Shown: positions 1 to 13,435, numbered from the stretch's first letter. The stretch is 64,000 nt of DNA from Lama glama (GCA_028534125.1 CM052816.1:74960001-75024000), one strand, 5' to 3'. Program-made: numbers and translations. The notes: generated by a model not told the origin, from the letters alone.

Positions 1-64
1 TAAATCAATTAAAAGACTGAAAAATAATGTAAGATTTTTCTCATGAGAGAAAATAGGACCTTAC

Positions 65-240
65 CATCCATGGGTGACTTAGATGATTCAGATGCAGCTC
101 ATGGGCCAAATAAAAACAGGGCATTCTTTTTACATTAGCTTGAGAAATACAAGATAAAACTAGCATTGGTCTTCCTGAAGATCCAAAAGCTGGATCTGTC
201 ATTGCCATAATACGAGAAAATTCATCTTGCCATTCATGTC
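65..240 (-). CDS. FBXO4: FBXO4 coding exon 6 (..RHEWQDEFSRIMAMTDPAFGSSGRPMLVLSCISQANVKRMPCFYLAHELHLNHLSHPWM); final exon lies outside the window
   Basis: Manual translation matches the FBXO4 C-terminal region. Acceptor TTTAG|GA at 240, donor ATG|GTAAGG at 65. 176 bp; cumulative CDS 1074 nt, phase 0. Confidence 0.95.
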
Positions 241-650
241 CTAAAGGATGTAGTCAAAATCCTTAATTTGCATTACTTGTAATGATTTTTAAAATAATAA
301 AATAAAATTAAAGATTAACAAAACAAGAAAAGCAAAAAATTACCAGGATCCAAACACAAGAAACTGTCTCTACTGCTGTGTTCATTTACTGATCTTTTAT
401 AAAACTATATTAATCAGCCTTGCAAGGATAGGAATTTAAGTGAAATCAGAGAGTAAAAACAGTACCATTCAGATGTCTTGGCTTAAAGGAAAAATACTTT
501 GATATAGATATTTTCCTCTCACAAATTCTAAGCTATCACTATCCTTTCAAAGGCCTTAGTTTTAAACACTTGGAACATACAGTTGAGTGTAGCTTTTTTA
601 TCCAAACTGACAATCTCTGCCTTTCACTGGAGTGTAAATCACTCACATTT

Positions 651-1242
651 TGTGGTAGTCAGATTCCTAAAATGACTCCAATGACTCAAACCCTTGTATA
701 ACTCCTGCCCCTTTGAGTGTGGGAGGAATCTGGTAAACATGATGCGATATCACTGCCATGATTAGGCTGCCATTGCTATAATTAGGCTGTATTATAAGAC
801 AGTTGACTTCAAGAAAGGGAATTACCCTCAGTGAGCCTGATCTAACTAGGTGAGCCTTTAAAAAAGATGAGATTCTTCCTAAGTAAGAGGGATTCCCCAT
901 TGCTGGATTTGAAGACACAGGGAGTCACATAGCAAGGAATGAAGATGGCCTGTAGAAGCTGAGAACAGCCTCCAGCTGACAGCCAGCAAAGAAACAGGGA
1001 CCTTAGTCCTGTAACATTAAGGAGCTGAATTCAGCCAATAACCTGAGTAAGCTAGGAAGCAGATTTTCCCTCAGAGCCTCCAGAAAGGGATGCAACCCAT
1101 CTGATACTCTAATTTCAGCCTGTGAGTACCCAACCATGCTGTACTCGGACTTCTGACATAGAGAACTCGGAGCTAATAAATACATGCTGTTTTAAGCCAC
1201 TAGGTCGGTGGTAATTTGTTATATAATAATAGAAAACAAAGA
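651..1242 (+). mobile_element. MLT1-family (ERVL-MaLR) solo LTR in FBXO4 intron 5
   Basis: Starts TGTGGTAG; carries typical MLT1 text (GGAGCTGAATTCAGCCAATAACCTGAG, TTTTAAGCCACTAGG...GGTAATTTGTTAT). Subfamily unresolved. Confidence 0.8.
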
Positions 1243-2234
1243 TTTAATGTTAATTTTTTTGATCACAGTTCTTTTAATGATCCTTTCTGAGAGTGCCAAC
1301 ATTCATGCCATCTTTGGGTCTGGTTCCATTGGCTGATTTATCTCTTGACAATGGGTCATTTCCTTTTGATTTTTTAATAATATATTATAAATTATAATAT
1401 CTTGTAATTTTAAATTTAATGCTAGATGTTTTATGTGGAAGCACAGAAGAGACTGAGGTAAAGAGAATTTACCTAGAAATTGGCACACACCTTCTGTTAG
1501 GCCATTAATACAGTGGGATGAGTCCAACTAGTCAGTAGTTGAGCAGGATTTGGCTTTTGTTGCTATAGTTAGTTTCAGTGCATCATAAACTTTAAATTCT
1601 TTCAGCAATAGGCTGCTGCTACCTTGTTCCAAGTGAGAACAATGTATTGTATATTTATGCCCTACATTGTTCACAAAGGATTTGGGAAAGAAATTAAAAT
1701 ACTGGCTTGGCCCAATAATATTCTAATTTCATGCTATTTAGCATTGTGAATGACAATTGTTTAGAATATATGGAGTTTTCATAACTAATCTACTTCAACA
1801 CTCCAATCCACACATCTATTATCCGGATAATTAAAATAAAGGTAAAATTTTTCAGTTATCTGCATAGGGCCAAAAGCAGACAAAACATCGATAGCAAAAA
1901 GTGCAGAAGCATACAATAAAAAATACTACCTAGCTAAAGTATCAAACTTTAGTATGTATCAGATACTAAATAATTCAGATGCCCGAGACACAACCTAAAT
2001 CCATGAGTCGCAATCCACCAGGGTAGAAATCATGCTGCTATGTTTTTAACAGGCTCCCCTGGTTATCCCAATGCACATCAAGGTTTGAGATTCTAATATT
2101 AACAGTAATAATACAATCACACTGATAAAATTCGCCCTCATATTCTTAAGAAGCCACAGTAAAGCCTAAAAACATATTCTTTTACTTGCTTTGCAAAGAA
2201 AATGCTTTTAAAAAGAAAATAAGATAATGCTTAC

Positions 2235-2410
2235 TTTTATGAGCTTCAGCATTTGCAACGTAAATGAACCCATCGACAACTTCACACACCTTCTGAATTT
2301 GTGGAATTACACTGTACCGGCTTCCCTGTTGATCATCCCCTTCATTCTGTAGACTGAACATCTTGTTAACTGCACTTGTATGTTCTTCTCTTGCTCTATC
2401 TCTTTCTTTT
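2235..2410 (-). CDS. FBXO4: FBXO4 coding exon 5 (RKERDRAREEHTSAVNKMFSLQNEGDDQQGSRYSVIPQIQKVCEVVDGFIYVANAEAHK)
   Basis: Acceptor TTACAG|, donor |GTAAGC; 176 bp; in frame with neighbouring exons; recognisable FBXO4 sequence. Confidence 0.95.
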
Positions 2411-2504
2411 CTGTAAGAACATTAACAGACACTAAACAGGCTCCATCCCCCTAAAATATTCCATTCCTGAGGTCTCAGGTAGGCTGCCAAGTAGGTAGCC
2501 TTAC

Positions 2505-2580
2505 CTTGTGGTTGAATATAGTATCAGGATGTTGAATTTATGTTGGTTGCTCAACTGAAAACTGACTCCTGATCCAATAC
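2505..2580 (-). CDS. FBXO4: FBXO4 coding exon 4 (GIGSGVSFQLSNQHKFNILILYSTT)
   Basis: Acceptor CCTTTAG|, donor AG|GTAAGG; 76 bp; followed by a 94-bp intron. Confidence 0.95.
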
Positions 2581-3039
2581 CTAAAGGAGAAAATTACAGT
2601 TACCAAAACAAGTCATTAATATAGACAGCAAAATATCAGAACGAAAAAAAATTACTCAGTATAACCAAAAAGAGCAAACAAAAAACACTCTAGGAGTTAT
2701 ATATAGCTTTGGAACAAAATGAAATGTCTGTGAAGAAAAGATGCTGTATGCAATTTTCATTTACACAATAATAAAACTATGAATAAAGAACAAAAAACTG
2801 CCAGGCTTTAACATTCCTTGTCATACCATCATCACTATCATCATTAACTTTATTATCATACTATCAGTAGCAGCTGCATCTTAACAACTACTACTACTTA
2901 TCTTTAAGGCCAACACTTGGTTTCATTTTTTTTCTCATTTGTCTTACACTCCATGTATACATTCAATGAGATGGCTTTTTCTCCCACTCTGAAAAGCTGT
3001 TTTTTAAATTTATGGTAACTTAGAAAATTGAGGAAATAT

Positions 3040-3230
3040 GGCAGACACTGGGATTTGGAATTAGACGTGAGCTAGAATCCTAAATTTGCCACATATAGTC
3101 ATGTTTCTGTGAGCCTCAGTTTTGACATCAAAATACAGAAATACACACTTTTTAGGATTATTGTAAGCATTACATGAGATCACATATGTAAAACTTCTAG
3201 TAGGGTAACTGGTAAGTAACAAGTGCTAAA
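3040..3230 (+). mobile_element. MIR SINE fragment
   Basis: MIR core-like GAATCC...GAGCCTCAGTTT...AGGATTATTGTAAGCATTACATGAGAT. Confidence 0.65.
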
Positions 3231-3399
3231 ACTAGCTTCTTAATATTTTATTTCTGAATCATTCAACATGGTTATTTGTCCTTCTTTTTTAACTTCTTCT
3301 GTTCTTTGGCTGTGTAACACTTAGGGGCTGATTCTCCTCTTGTCTCCTGGAAAGATCCTTCCCTTCTTCCTTGCTTTACTTCTTTTTGCTATATAAATA

Positions 3400-5380
3400 T
3401 CTTCTTAGATCTGACCACCTTTGTCTTCAGCCCCCACCTTTTTGTCTAAATTATCATCTCTCACCTGGACTTCCACAATCATTTCTAACTAGTCTCCTAA
3501 ATCCACTTCTGCCCCCTACTTTCCATTCTTCTGACTAGAGCTGAAGAGATTGCTTAAAAATGCCTTTAATTATGTCTCTTTCCTTCAAAGCCACTGCTCT
3601 TTAGATGAACAAAACTTTAATAATTCTGGCCTCTACTTAACTCATTAGTACAACTGCACCTTTCATATCCTTAATCCCTGTACTATAACCAATCTAGGTG
3701 TTTAAAAAAGCCATGCCATGCCATTTTATGTCACCATTCCAGGCAACACATATAGATCCTGGTGGCTGGGACTGCAAGCATCCCAGGCATAGTGACCCTA
3801 GTTCCCTGGCCTCAATTGGCCAAATCAAAGAGATCATAGAAACAAATTCAACCATGTCTCTGATCTTTGTTTTCATCAGTTTAAATTCCAGAAATTACCC
3901 TCTCAATATATCTAACCTCAGCCCAATATGACTTCCATACTGTTCTGCATCACCATGCCAATGACACATCCCTCTATTCTTCCCTGATCTTGCAGGGTCT
4001 GAGGCACAATTAGACTGGCATTTAAAAAAACAAAAACAAAAACAAAAACAAAAACCTCCAGCTGCTGTATGGAGAATGAAACTGCCACTTCACAAACAGC
4101 AAATTTCCCCATATCTCTGACCTCTTCTTGAAGTGTTCCTTCTACCTCACAGCCCTACCTGAAACTGGTCAGCCCCTAGGGGCTGCTTCTCTTACAGCAG
4201 GCTCTCAAGTAAACAAAGTTGCTTATTCTCTCATATTTCACGGTAAAGAGATGAAGTGAATGTTCTCTTTATTCCTCAATGCCATGTCTTAATCATTACT
4301 CACCAGCCCTCTTGAAAAAACTCCATCTTTTTGAGACACACACCATTTAGCTGTAGTACCATCTCCCCTTCCTTGACTGTCATTTATGAATCTCCTTTTG
4401 ATAATACCTTCCTCTAAACATTCACTGAAAATTTTAGCACCTAGTTCACAATCTTCCTCTCTATTCTCAGAAACTTCCAAGTCCATGTGGATTCCATATG
4501 ATTCCCAGATTTTCATTTCTGCCCTAGATCTTCCTTTTTTGACATATGGATGCATAAAGTAATCCATAAGGTCATTTGTTCATTAATTCATCACATCTAT
4601 ACCAAGTGCCTACTATGTGCTTGGGACCACAAATACAGTTAAGAATAAAGCTGACAAGATTCCTGTCCTAACAGAGCTTCCACTGAAATAGACTGCTTAT
4701 AGCAAGCATCTCTACTTGTATCAAAAGTTTCTCTTCTTTCTCCTGTATTTCCTTGTCCTAGTGAACGGCACCATCATCCAATACAAAAATCACACCAGAA
4801 ACCTGGAGTTATCCTTATTACTGCTAATACATATTCAGTTCATTCTATATCCTTCATATTTTTATCACAGTATTATCATGGTTTCTTAACAGGTCTTCCT
4901 ATAGTTATAGTCCCTTCTTATCAATTATCTACTCAGGAGCAGAGTGATCTAAATAAAATGCCGTCTTGATCCCCACTTTTCTGCTTAAAAATCCTTCAAC
5001 AGCTCCCGGCTTATAAGTGTATTCTCACTTAGCCCCACTCTAGACACACGGATACTCAAATGTGTCATGCACACCCAGAACTTTGTGCTTTTAGAAATGT
5101 AGTTCTCACAGCTTAGAATATTTTACTCTTTTTCTGATGACCTATTCCTACTTACCCTAATAATTCTTTGAAGCATCATGTTCAAAGCAGAACCTTCTCT
5201 GACCCTTACCTTTCTACACAGAAGCTAATTATCCCATATTGTAATCACCTGTGTATTTGTCTCCGCCCTCACCTACACCAATTACATTCAGGGCAGACAG
5301 GAGATTTTTGATGGAGCTTGTTTTAAATCTCTGCATCTGTAGTATCTAATAGGTGTTATCAATAAATGAATTTTAATAAT
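3400..5380. mobile_element. Degenerate L2 LINE fragments in FBXO4 intron 3
   Basis: L2-like text (TCATCTCTCACCTGGAC, AACCTGGAGTTATCCTT, CAATAAATGAAT). Boundaries approximate. Confidence 0.5.
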
Positions 5381-5845
5381 ACCAGATTACACTGTCATAT
5401 GTATTTATTATATACCCTGCTTACTAAACTAACTGCATGGCTGTTGTTGCCATTGTTTTTCATAGGAATAATGGCAAGATGATAATTTAACTTTTTAAAA
5501 ATTCCAATATATGTCAAAGTACTTTGCACAAAGTAGATGCTAAATTGTTTCTGCTGTTAACATTCTTTTAAAGTATGGTAAATACTGTACAAACAAAACA
5601 GTCTGACAGCATATAATTTGCTTTCATATAATCTAATATCCTGGATTGAGAAAGTAAGAGGAAGCTTACTTCTTATAAAAAGTAAATTAATTCTTTTAAA
5701 CCATAGCAATCTGGGGGCTCCCATGCACCAAATTAATATATTTCATTGCATTAAAGAGTTAATTAATTAAAAAACAAATTTCTATTTAACGTTCAAGCTC
5801 AAAGTGTTTGAACTATTATATACTACAGATTAACATGAAAATTAC

Positions 5846-6066
5846 CATCAATCTGCCTCTGAGGCAAACCAGCTGTTGGGCAAAGTTCCTCGGAAGACAT
5901 CAAGCTCAACACCAAAGATGTATTTAGTTCTTCCAAACCTGGTCCAAACATAGCAAATCGTGGTTCATTCTGAATGATCAATGAGTGTAAAAATGAAGTG
6001 ACAGCTCCATACATAGGACGGCTAGATTTTGAGGATCTTCTTGTATGTGGACAGCACATTTTATAG
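5846..6066 (-). CDS. FBXO4: FBXO4 coding exon 3 (YKMCCPHTRRSSKSSRPMYGAVTSFLHSLIIQNEPRFAMFGPGLEELNTSLVLSLMSSEELCPTAGLPQRQID)
   Basis: Within ORF 5823..6083. Acceptor TTATACAG|, donor G|GTAATT; 221 bp; frame consistent. Confidence 0.96.
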
Positions 6067-6398
6067 CTGTATAAAATTGTCACAATTAGAAAATTAACAC
6101 AGACAAAAACTTACTTAGTTATTCATTCAACAGTATATAATTTATTGAGAATTTGCTAGACACAAGGGATACAATGATTATACAGTCCCAATCCTCATGG
6201 AGGGCAGTGGAGAGACATCATTATAATATGTATGCCGAGTGGCAAGGCGCTATGGGTGTAGTAGTGCTCCGGTAGCTGACGAAATCTTCCCCAGGAAGGG
6301 GTCACTTACTTTCTAATTTTTCATTTAGATTCTCTCATGAAACACTTGGTCTAACACTTGTTTCAAAAGTTAAAATAGTTAAAATTTACCACATAGAG

Positions 6399-6616
6399 CA
6401 CTGATTCTCAATCTGGGGAGATTTTGGACCCCCAGGGAACATTTGGTAATGTCCGGAGACATTTTTGTCATCACAACTAGGGCGGGGAGTGGGGCAGTGC
6501 TACTGACATCTAGTAGATAGAGTCCAGGGATGCTGCTAAACATCCTACAATGCACAAGACAGTTCCCATAACATCTAGTCCAAAAATGTCAATAGTACCA
6601 AGACTGAGAAACCCTG
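6399..6616. mobile_element. MER20 (hAT-Charlie) DNA transposon
   Basis: Termini CACTGATTCTCAA...TGAGAAACCCTG; internal GGATGCTGCTAAACATCCTACAATGCACA hallmark; ~218 bp. Confidence 0.88.
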
Positions 6617-8172
6617 CACTAAAGATAAACTACACAGATAGTTAACATAAATGTCCCTAGAAGTAAAAAAAGAAAAAAAAATGACTAAGGGCCCTAATAT
6701 AACCAAGTTTCCTAGGGTACTTCTATTAACAGTAACAGTTCAATAGAGTTAATATACAGGGAGGCTCAAACGTTCCTTACAGATAACCTAGCAAACCAAG
6801 AATCGTGTGAAAAAGACAACTCAATTTCCTCCAATAGCTATAAATTTCTAAACTAGCAATTCAATGTTATCAAAAATTAAAACAAAGTTACTCAAATCAA
6901 AATAAAACCTAAAGCCCTTTAAATCAACTGGTTAGTGGTTGTCTTAGTTACTTAGAAGCCTTGTAATTCAAGAAGGAGAAAAAATCAACTTTGAAGCCAG
7001 GTGGAGCTTGCCAAGGCTCACCACTTTAGTCATATAAGCCACTTATACTCGGAACTTCCGTTTTTTCATCTGCATTATCTGAGCAATAACAACCAACCCA
7101 GGGTCATAAGGATCAGAAATAATTTATTTGATCATAAATGGTAGTAACTATGACTACTACCATCCCTGGGAAAACATGGTACCATAGCACCACAGATACA
7201 CTCAATGTTATGGTTCATTGTGAGACAATGTAGAGGTAACACCCAGCAAGTTAGAGTAATGCAGCACTTGTTAAAATTATGTATAACATATCATTTAATC
7301 AAGTGGTCTCATAAGACTTGATGTAATGGCATCTGTACTGGAATAAGGGAAGAGTCTGAATAACTTAAATAAAATAAGAAAAAAATCCTATAAATAGTTA
7401 CTAAATCTAGCACAGCTAAACAATTCTTACCTAAAGCACAAATATTCTTTAAATTTTACTTACAATGACTTAAATTTGGGGCTCTTGATAAAGTAGGTTA
7501 TATCCAGAACCAACAACATTTTGTATTTTCAAGGTAGCATGATGGGGTTCCAATCTGAACATTCCCTTATAAGTTACATGACCTCAGGCAAATCCGTAAC
7601 CAAGCTGATCCTCAATTCCACATCCATAACACAAGAAGACCTTCTTATCAGGTGAGGATTAAATAAATAAACATACATAATGTATCTATCACAGAATCCA
7701 ATACAGTACAGCTGCTCAGTAACACTGATTCTTCTACCTCCATGATATTTGAAAATGTCAGTGCTTTTGAGTGATAACAAAATCTTATTTCTCAGAATCT
7801 TAACAATTATTTTCTTCCCTGCAAAAGAACTGCTGTCTGAACTCTGGCCATCCCTTTTCTGGATAAGGAAAAGTATTTACTATTTAACAAAATAACAAGT
7901 GTTCTAAAGGTAATGAAAATTTTAAGATGTGTTTTACTTCTTGCCATATCAACTACCTATAATTATTCAAATACTCTAGTAAGGTACTTCAGGGAAATAA
8001 CAAAATGTGAAAGCTCAAAGAGTCCTATGAAGGAAGTTATTTAACTTAACTCCCAATTTTTACAAAAGGACACTGAGACCCAAAATTCATGAAACAAATT
8101 AACTTATACTACTGACTTGTAATATAGTCAGATTTAATATCATCTCTTTAATTCATAAAACTAGATACTTAC

Positions 8173-8408
8173 ACTGCCATGTAGTCAAAAAATGCACCAT
8201 CAGTGACCTCAGATATAGGCTTTTTTAAAATTTCTAGATCTGGAAGAGACTTCCAGTCAACAGAAGACCAAGAAGGAAGATCCCGCAACAAAAAATATCT
8301 CCACAGAATTGGATCTCGTACAGTTTCATTCCAATAATGACTTGTACCTCCCAACTGACATAGGTCATGAGGTGAAAGAAATGACAAAATATATAGCTGT
8401 ACATCAAT
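8173..8408 (-). CDS. FBXO4: FBXO4 coding exon 2, most of the F-box (IDVQLYILSFLSPHDLCQLGGTSHYWNETVRDPILWR...)
   Basis: Overlaps ORF 8169..8387; F-box motif. Acceptor TTTCAG|, donor GT|GTAAGT; 236 bp. Confidence 0.97.
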
Positions 8409-9329
8409 CTGAAACAGAGGGAAGCAGCAAGTAAGTAAAAAGGATGAATAATTTAACTTGGGAAATAGTTTTTTGATAATAAACTACAGAATAACAAATA
8501 ATTATTACGTTATACTGGGAAACCAAAGGTCAACTGAACAGTATGTCGCCGTAATAACTAAATCCATCATGATAATGAGCAAAGAGTTTTTACACTAGAT
8601 AACCAAAGATCAAGTTAATAGTATTTGTAATTAAATTTATCATCCTGAGGTTAATTTCCTGCCATCAAGACAGAATCATAACCGAACACTTAATTTTTGA
8701 CACACTGAAACATTCCTGAAAAATCACCCATTGTTCTGGTATTTCCCCAGCAAAACAATCAGTTCACTGAATTTATCCTCATAAATATTCTGCCACATCA
8801 TTTATCTAAATAAATTAATTAAATAATTTATTCTTCAAAATAAAATCCTTCCCAAGGGGACGAATTTCTGATTTTACCACTAGATCTAATCAAATGTCAC
8901 CTGAGTTCCTCCGTACAATCTATTATTTCAAAGAACCTCTGCAAGGGGAAGACACTGGGAGACGATCTAAACCTGCAGTTTTCAATTTCTGATGGACGTT
9001 AGAAGGACGTGTCAACAGTCCAGCTGAGATACAGAAATTTAATAATTGCTAAGACTTTCTCCTCCTTGTTCCTATCTACCTAAAAACTTTAACAGTAAAT
9101 GTGTGTAATTCTCTCCTGTAACTTGAGGCACTTACAACTTAGGTCATTTATTTTCAATCGACTGGTAGTTTTGTTACTTGAAATATACAGTATGATAAAA
9201 GACGAAAAATCCTCGGAGAGTGTTTGTTTGGGGGACCCCTATACCAGCTCCGGATGGATGATGCTGAGAATACAGGCACTGGATGCTTTTCCAAGCTAAC
9301 CAGAAAGTCTAGAACGGTCTCTGCATTTC

Positions 9330-10080
9330 CTTAACCCGACGTTCAGGGCGTCCAGTCCGAAGACCTGATTTGGGGGCAGAAAACATGAGGGCGACCTGGC
9401 TGGTGACCAGAGCGCTCTCTAAAGGTGAGTTTTGAAGCGCCCTTCGGCCCGCCTGTGGGGCCCCAAGGATCAACGGCAGGGAGTTTCTGCTCTACTGTTG
9501 CTCCCAGGTGACGACACTGCCCAGAAAGGCTGCAAGGACCGGGCCATACACAGGCGGGGGGGGGGGGGCGGGGAGGCTCCCTGGCCCCCGAGTCCGCCTC
9601 ACTGAGGCGCCCCTCTCGGTCCGGCCTCAGGTCCTCCGGGGCCGGCGGCCCACGCTCACCGGCAGCCGCGTCAGCATACTGGCCTCTTCGTCTGCCTCCT
9701 CTGGGGAGGCCCTAGGGGCCGCCCTCTCCTTGCCCACTGACTGCCAGAAGTTCCTCCAGCCGCTGAGGATGGCCGCCTCCAGACGACCCCAGTCGCTGTG
9801 GTGCGGTTGAGGGGAGCTGCCTCGGCTGCGCGGATCGCTTCCCGCCATGGCCGCCGGCGCCGCACGTGACGTGACGCGCCGCAGCGTGAGGCCGGCACGT
9901 CCCGCTCCTCCCCCTCACGCCCCGCCCTCTCCCCTCCCTCCCTCCTCTCCTCCTTCCCTCCCCCTCCCCTCCCTCTCTGGGGCCTGTCCACCCCCACCCC
10001 AAGGTGAGAAAGCCTCCGGAGCCGGAAGGGAACAGAAAGGTGGCTCAATTGAGCATGGTTCCCAGCTGCGCTTGAGGCTC
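9330..10080. promoter_or_regulatory. FBXO4 CpG-island promoter with overlapping E-box/CRE-like motif and a polypyrimidine tract
   Basis: GC/CpG-rich. CACGTGACGTGACG at 9863-9876; C/T-rich tract ~9901-9978 containing a GC box (CCCCGCCC). Confidence 0.8.
9660..9848 (-). CDS. FBXO4: FBXO4 coding exon 1 (MAGSDPRSRGSSPQPHHSDWGRLEAAILSGW...TRLP)
   Basis: ORF 9627..9848; Kozak GCCATGG; donor CCG|GTGAGC after 63 codons; lies in a CpG island. Confidence 0.97.
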
Positions 10081-10629
10081 CCACCATCACTGCTCCCTTC
10101 CTTTCAGTCTTCCACCTCAGCCACGCTAACCTCACCCCTTGTCAAATCTCTTGCCCTTCGCCCCTTAATACTTAACCAAGGTGTTCCCTCGGTCTGGGAC
10201 CTATTTCCACTTTGCGTGGGCCTGGGCAACTCCCACTTACTCAACAGATGGCCCTCTCCCGTGTCCTGGGGCTTAATATCTCTATATAAGCTGGTTTAAA
10301 TTCACTGTCAACCAGCAATTTTTTGAATATCCAGGACATGCAACTATCCAGTGTCTTCGTGAAAATCATCAAATATGGAAGTTTCTAAATTTTGCAAACA
10401 ACATCTGCCCACCGTTGTTTTATTGTCTCAATTGTCAAAATATTCTCTCACATATAACCCAAAGCACCTGTTTAAAAAATTAACCCCATTTTTTTTTATC
10501 GTCTTCAAAATAGAAGGCAGGATCAGCAACTTTATAAAATCTTTGAAGTCCTTAAGGATCATGATAGGCTACAGGGGATATGTGTACGCATACAAATATC
10601 TAAATGCATACATTTAACATATATGCACC

Positions 10630-10705
10630 TCTCTGTTCCTCTTTCTCTCTCTCTACCTATATCTGTATCCATTTCTGTATCTCTATCTATGTCTGTATCT
10701 ATATT
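10630..10705. repeat. (TC)n / (TCTA)n-like simple repeat
   Basis: ctctctctctctacctatatctgtatcc...ctctatctatgtctgtatctat. Confidence 0.7.
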
Positions 10706-11099
10706 CCACATAGCAGAGTGCTTAATGCTTAACAGCGGACACATTGCTTATCAGCTTGTATTTACACTTCAAAAGTAAGTATCTGGGGAGCTAAATGTCA
10801 AATAACAGAAATCCAATAAAGCCCAGTAACTGAGGTTGTGTGAGATCTTAATTTAAAGTTTCATTATTTATCTTGCTAGTGGCAGTATTATCATTGTTAG
10901 TGGCCAAAAACCAATCCAATTGCAGGCTTAATTCTGCCAGGCTTTCCAGACAAGAACCATGAGTAGATTGGCATTTTCCTTCCCTCTTAGGAGCATGAAA
11001 GAACTAACACAAGAAAAAAAAATCCACTTAAGTATGAAGAACTGAAATGAGTCTCAGTTCTCTTACAAAGAAGTGTGAGCATTTGTAAACGAATGGGTT

Positions 11100-12750
11100 A
11101 GAACATTTTTTATTATGGAAAAGTTTGAATATCTACAGGAGAGTAAATAATAAAATGAAATCCCATGTATCCACTAGCCAAGATTCAACAGTTACCAGCA
11201 CATGGTCAATCTTGCTCCATGGCTATCTCTGTCTAATACACACATCCCCAAATCTGTATTATTATCATTTTTAATCTGGATTATTTTTAAGCCAATCCCA
11301 GACATATCATTTCATCCCTAAATATCTCAGTATGTATCTCTAAAAATTAAGGTAACTTTTAAGAAGCATTTGTACTGTACCATTTATTTCACACCTAAAC
11401 AACTAAAATCACCAAATATCTGGTCAGTGTTTAACTTCCCCATCTGCCAAGAAAGTTGCGGGGGATTTTTTATTTTTTATTTTTTCTATATTTGGTTTGA
11501 TTCATAACCCAAACAAGATCCACATGTTACATTTGGTGACATGTTCCTGAAACTTTTTCATTCTATGCATTCCCCCTCCTTTATTTCCCCTTGTAATTTG
11601 TTAAAGAAACTACATTGGCCTTCCTGGACTTTAAGGACCACATTCTGAACTTTCTTGATGACTGTTTCAGTGGTATCTTTAACACATTCCTCTCTCAGGC
11701 CTGATCAAATTTGGGTTTCTTTTGCAAAATATTTCATAAGTATACGGTACTAAGATTGGGAGCCATAAGCCATTCTCATTTTCTCATGTTCAAACTGGTC
11801 GACAGTTTCAAAAGCCTGCCCCATTCATTATCAAGTGCCCCATAAGCTTTTCACTTCAAGGATTTAGCAAGTATCAACAATTGCTATTTGTTTACAAGTT
11901 GCTACTCTAATTTTATAATTCCTTTTATTAGATGAATTAAAGAAAAATTGTCCCTCATCAACCATTTGACCACACTTGACAAGATCTAGAATCAGCTTTA
12001 TCTCCAAGAAGCCCTCGTTTGTTTTAATGAGAAATGGCATTTGGACATTATTTAGTGGTCTTAAGAAGAGACAATGAGTTTATACTGTATTTCACATTCA
12101 AATTTAGAATGATAGAATTTTTACTTACTTTCAATTTCATGTGTCTCTTTTCTGTTACACTGAAAATCATCATGTCTAATTACATACATTTCTAATTTTT
12201 ATAGTTACTGACAATACAAGTACCAAGGAGTTTGATCTCTTTCCAGTTCTTTTTGCCCTTGGGGATATTCCACCAGCGGTGTGAAATTTCTGTGCTTTAA
12301 AGATAATTGAAACATTTCTGTATATTGAAGCCACCAACTTACTACACAATTATAACTCATTTACTTCATTTTGCTTTGGATTTTTAGGGATTTTCTGTAA
12401 GTATGATGCAACCTTATTTTATTACAATGTAGTAAATGGTTCCAAAGCCAAATGTACAAAATTCAAGATATATTCAGAGAAGTCTAGTTTCCATCCTGAT
12501 CCTGTCCATCTAGTTCCTCTCCATCTCCCATCATAGGTAACCATTTTTTAAACTTTTTTTTAATGTAAGCAAACAATGTTATAAACACATTTATATTCCC
12601 TTTCTTAAATAAATTGTACTATATACTTTCATCACCTTGTTTTTCACTTAATAAAACCACTCCATAGTATTTTATAGAAATATTCCTCTTTGCTTTTTAA
12701 AGTGTTATGCTACTCAATCATGTGGATTTACCATCGTTTAGAGTAGTCTA
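11100..12750 (-). mobile_element. Old L1 (L1MC/ME-type) 3' fragments
   Basis: TTTTTTTATTATGGAAAAGTTTGAATAT..., GCCAATCCCAGACATATCATTTCATCC, ATAGGTAACCATTTTT; highly diverged. Confidence 0.6.
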
Positions 12751-13159
12751 TTTTTAAATAGGGTATGCATAATATTTAGATAACTAATATTTATTAAATG
12801 CATCTGACCTGTGTGTTTAAGAGTGAGACCAAAAGGTTAAGAGTGAGACCAGAAGCCAAGTCAATCAAGCTGATTGGTAAAAATAGAAATTGGTATGTAT
12901 TGAGTATATACACACTCAGAGGCTGGGGCTGAAAAACTTCTAAAAATTAACAAATATTTCAGATGACTATCCAGCCAGCGATTTCGTCTCTGAAAGCTGC
13001 TTGCCATTTAGAATGGCCAGCACCACTGAGGGCAGGGCAGTGAGTGAGTGCTCACTGGCCAGAACAAGAATTTGTCACTCCATTATCCCGGCCGATGAGT
13101 ATTAGGATATTTTTCAGCATGATGAATGAGGTGTGCCAATACACAGAACTGGCCATTGA

Positions 13160-13435
13160 GGAAAATGGTAATAGTAACAACTAACTCTTTTGAGCTCTTA
13201 CCATGTGCTAGGCATTGAATTAAACACTTGAAACATTAACTCATTTATTCTTCAATTATGAAGTAGAATACTCTTACTCTGTGAGGTAGGTGCTATTATT
13301 ATTCCTGTGTTACACAACAGAATTTTAAGGCACAGAAAGGTTAAATAACTTATTGAAATCACACAGCTAGGAAACAGCAGAGCTGGGATTTAATTTCAGG
13401 CCTCTGGCTCTAGAACCCACATTCCTAACCACTAA
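13160..13435 (-). mobile_element. MIR SINE
   Basis: CCATGTGCTAGGCATTG...GAGGTAGGTGCTATTATTATTCC...AGGCACAGAAAGGTTAAATAACTT...AGCTGGGATTT. Confidence 0.8.

Noticed and set aside
9847..10299. Antisense ORFs starting at the palindromic GCCATGGC of FBXO4 (and of RIMOC1, 31546..31758, GCCGCCATGG)
   Set aside because: The antisense Kozak is an automatic by-product of GCC-ATG-GCG starts. The products are low complexity and nothing supports a transcript.
12817..12855. 20-bp period duplication TTAAGAGTGAGACCA(A/G)AAG
   Set aside because: Ordinary small slippage duplication with no associated structure.
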